DNA of 64,000 bases from the NCBI RefSeq assembly GCF_037042905.1, contig NC_087258.1:23064001-23128000 (forward strand), read 5' to 3'. This stretch comes from Lytechinus pictus (lineage: Eukaryota). Shown piece after piece: positions 63,838 through 64,000 of the stretch. Numbering within the stretch: position 1 is the first letter of the stretch; every line of letters starts with the position of its first letter. Position numbers and translations under genes: made by a program. The notes under the pieces are model-generated. The model did no database searches and had not been told where the DNA came from. It was given only the letters and a program-made list of their open reading frames with translations.

Positions 63838-64000
63838 CTAACTGAGATTACAGACTTTTTGTATGATAAAATGGACCGAAAACATGTTACTGGTGGTATT
63901 TTCTTGGACTTACGCAAAGCTTTTGATGTTATTCCTCACAATTTTATACTTGCAAAACTTAAGTACTATGGTATTACTGGCAATGAATACAACTGGATGG
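63838..64000 (+). mobile_element. CR1/L2-type RT fragment running off the window
   Basis: Open frame LTEITDFLYDKMDRKHVTGGIFLDLRKAFDVIPHNFILAKLKYYGITG (FLDLxKAFD motif). Confidence 0.85.

Overview
This is AT-rich eukaryotic (invertebrate deuterostome, most likely sea-urchin-like; inferred from repeat and GPCR style) genomic DNA with one assembly gap (14970-15106). Host genes all lie on the minus strand. They are the first coding exon of an SLC7-family cationic amino-acid transporter (16795-17056); a tandem cluster of four single-coding-exon rhodopsin-class GPCRs (one 5'-deleted pseudogene, one copy that lost its ancestral ATG, two intact); and the last two exons of an unidentified single-pass membrane protein near the right end. 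The rest is dense with mobile DNA: a near-complete Penelope-like retroelement (RT + GIY-YIG) carrying a minimal hammerhead ribozyme motif, CR1/L2-type LINE copies, tRNA-derived SINEs, a DINE/Helentron-like element, and many MITEs with identifiable TIRs and TSDs. Two structures stand out. (1) A 4 x 333-bp tandem array with a tRNA-like Pol III cassette in the middle of each unit, inserted as one block between 11-bp target-site duplications; it resembles a retrozyme concatemer but has no recognisable hammerhead. (2) A ~670-bp inversion inside the GPCR cluster, bounded by two inverted foldback-transposon copies with swapped target-site duplications.
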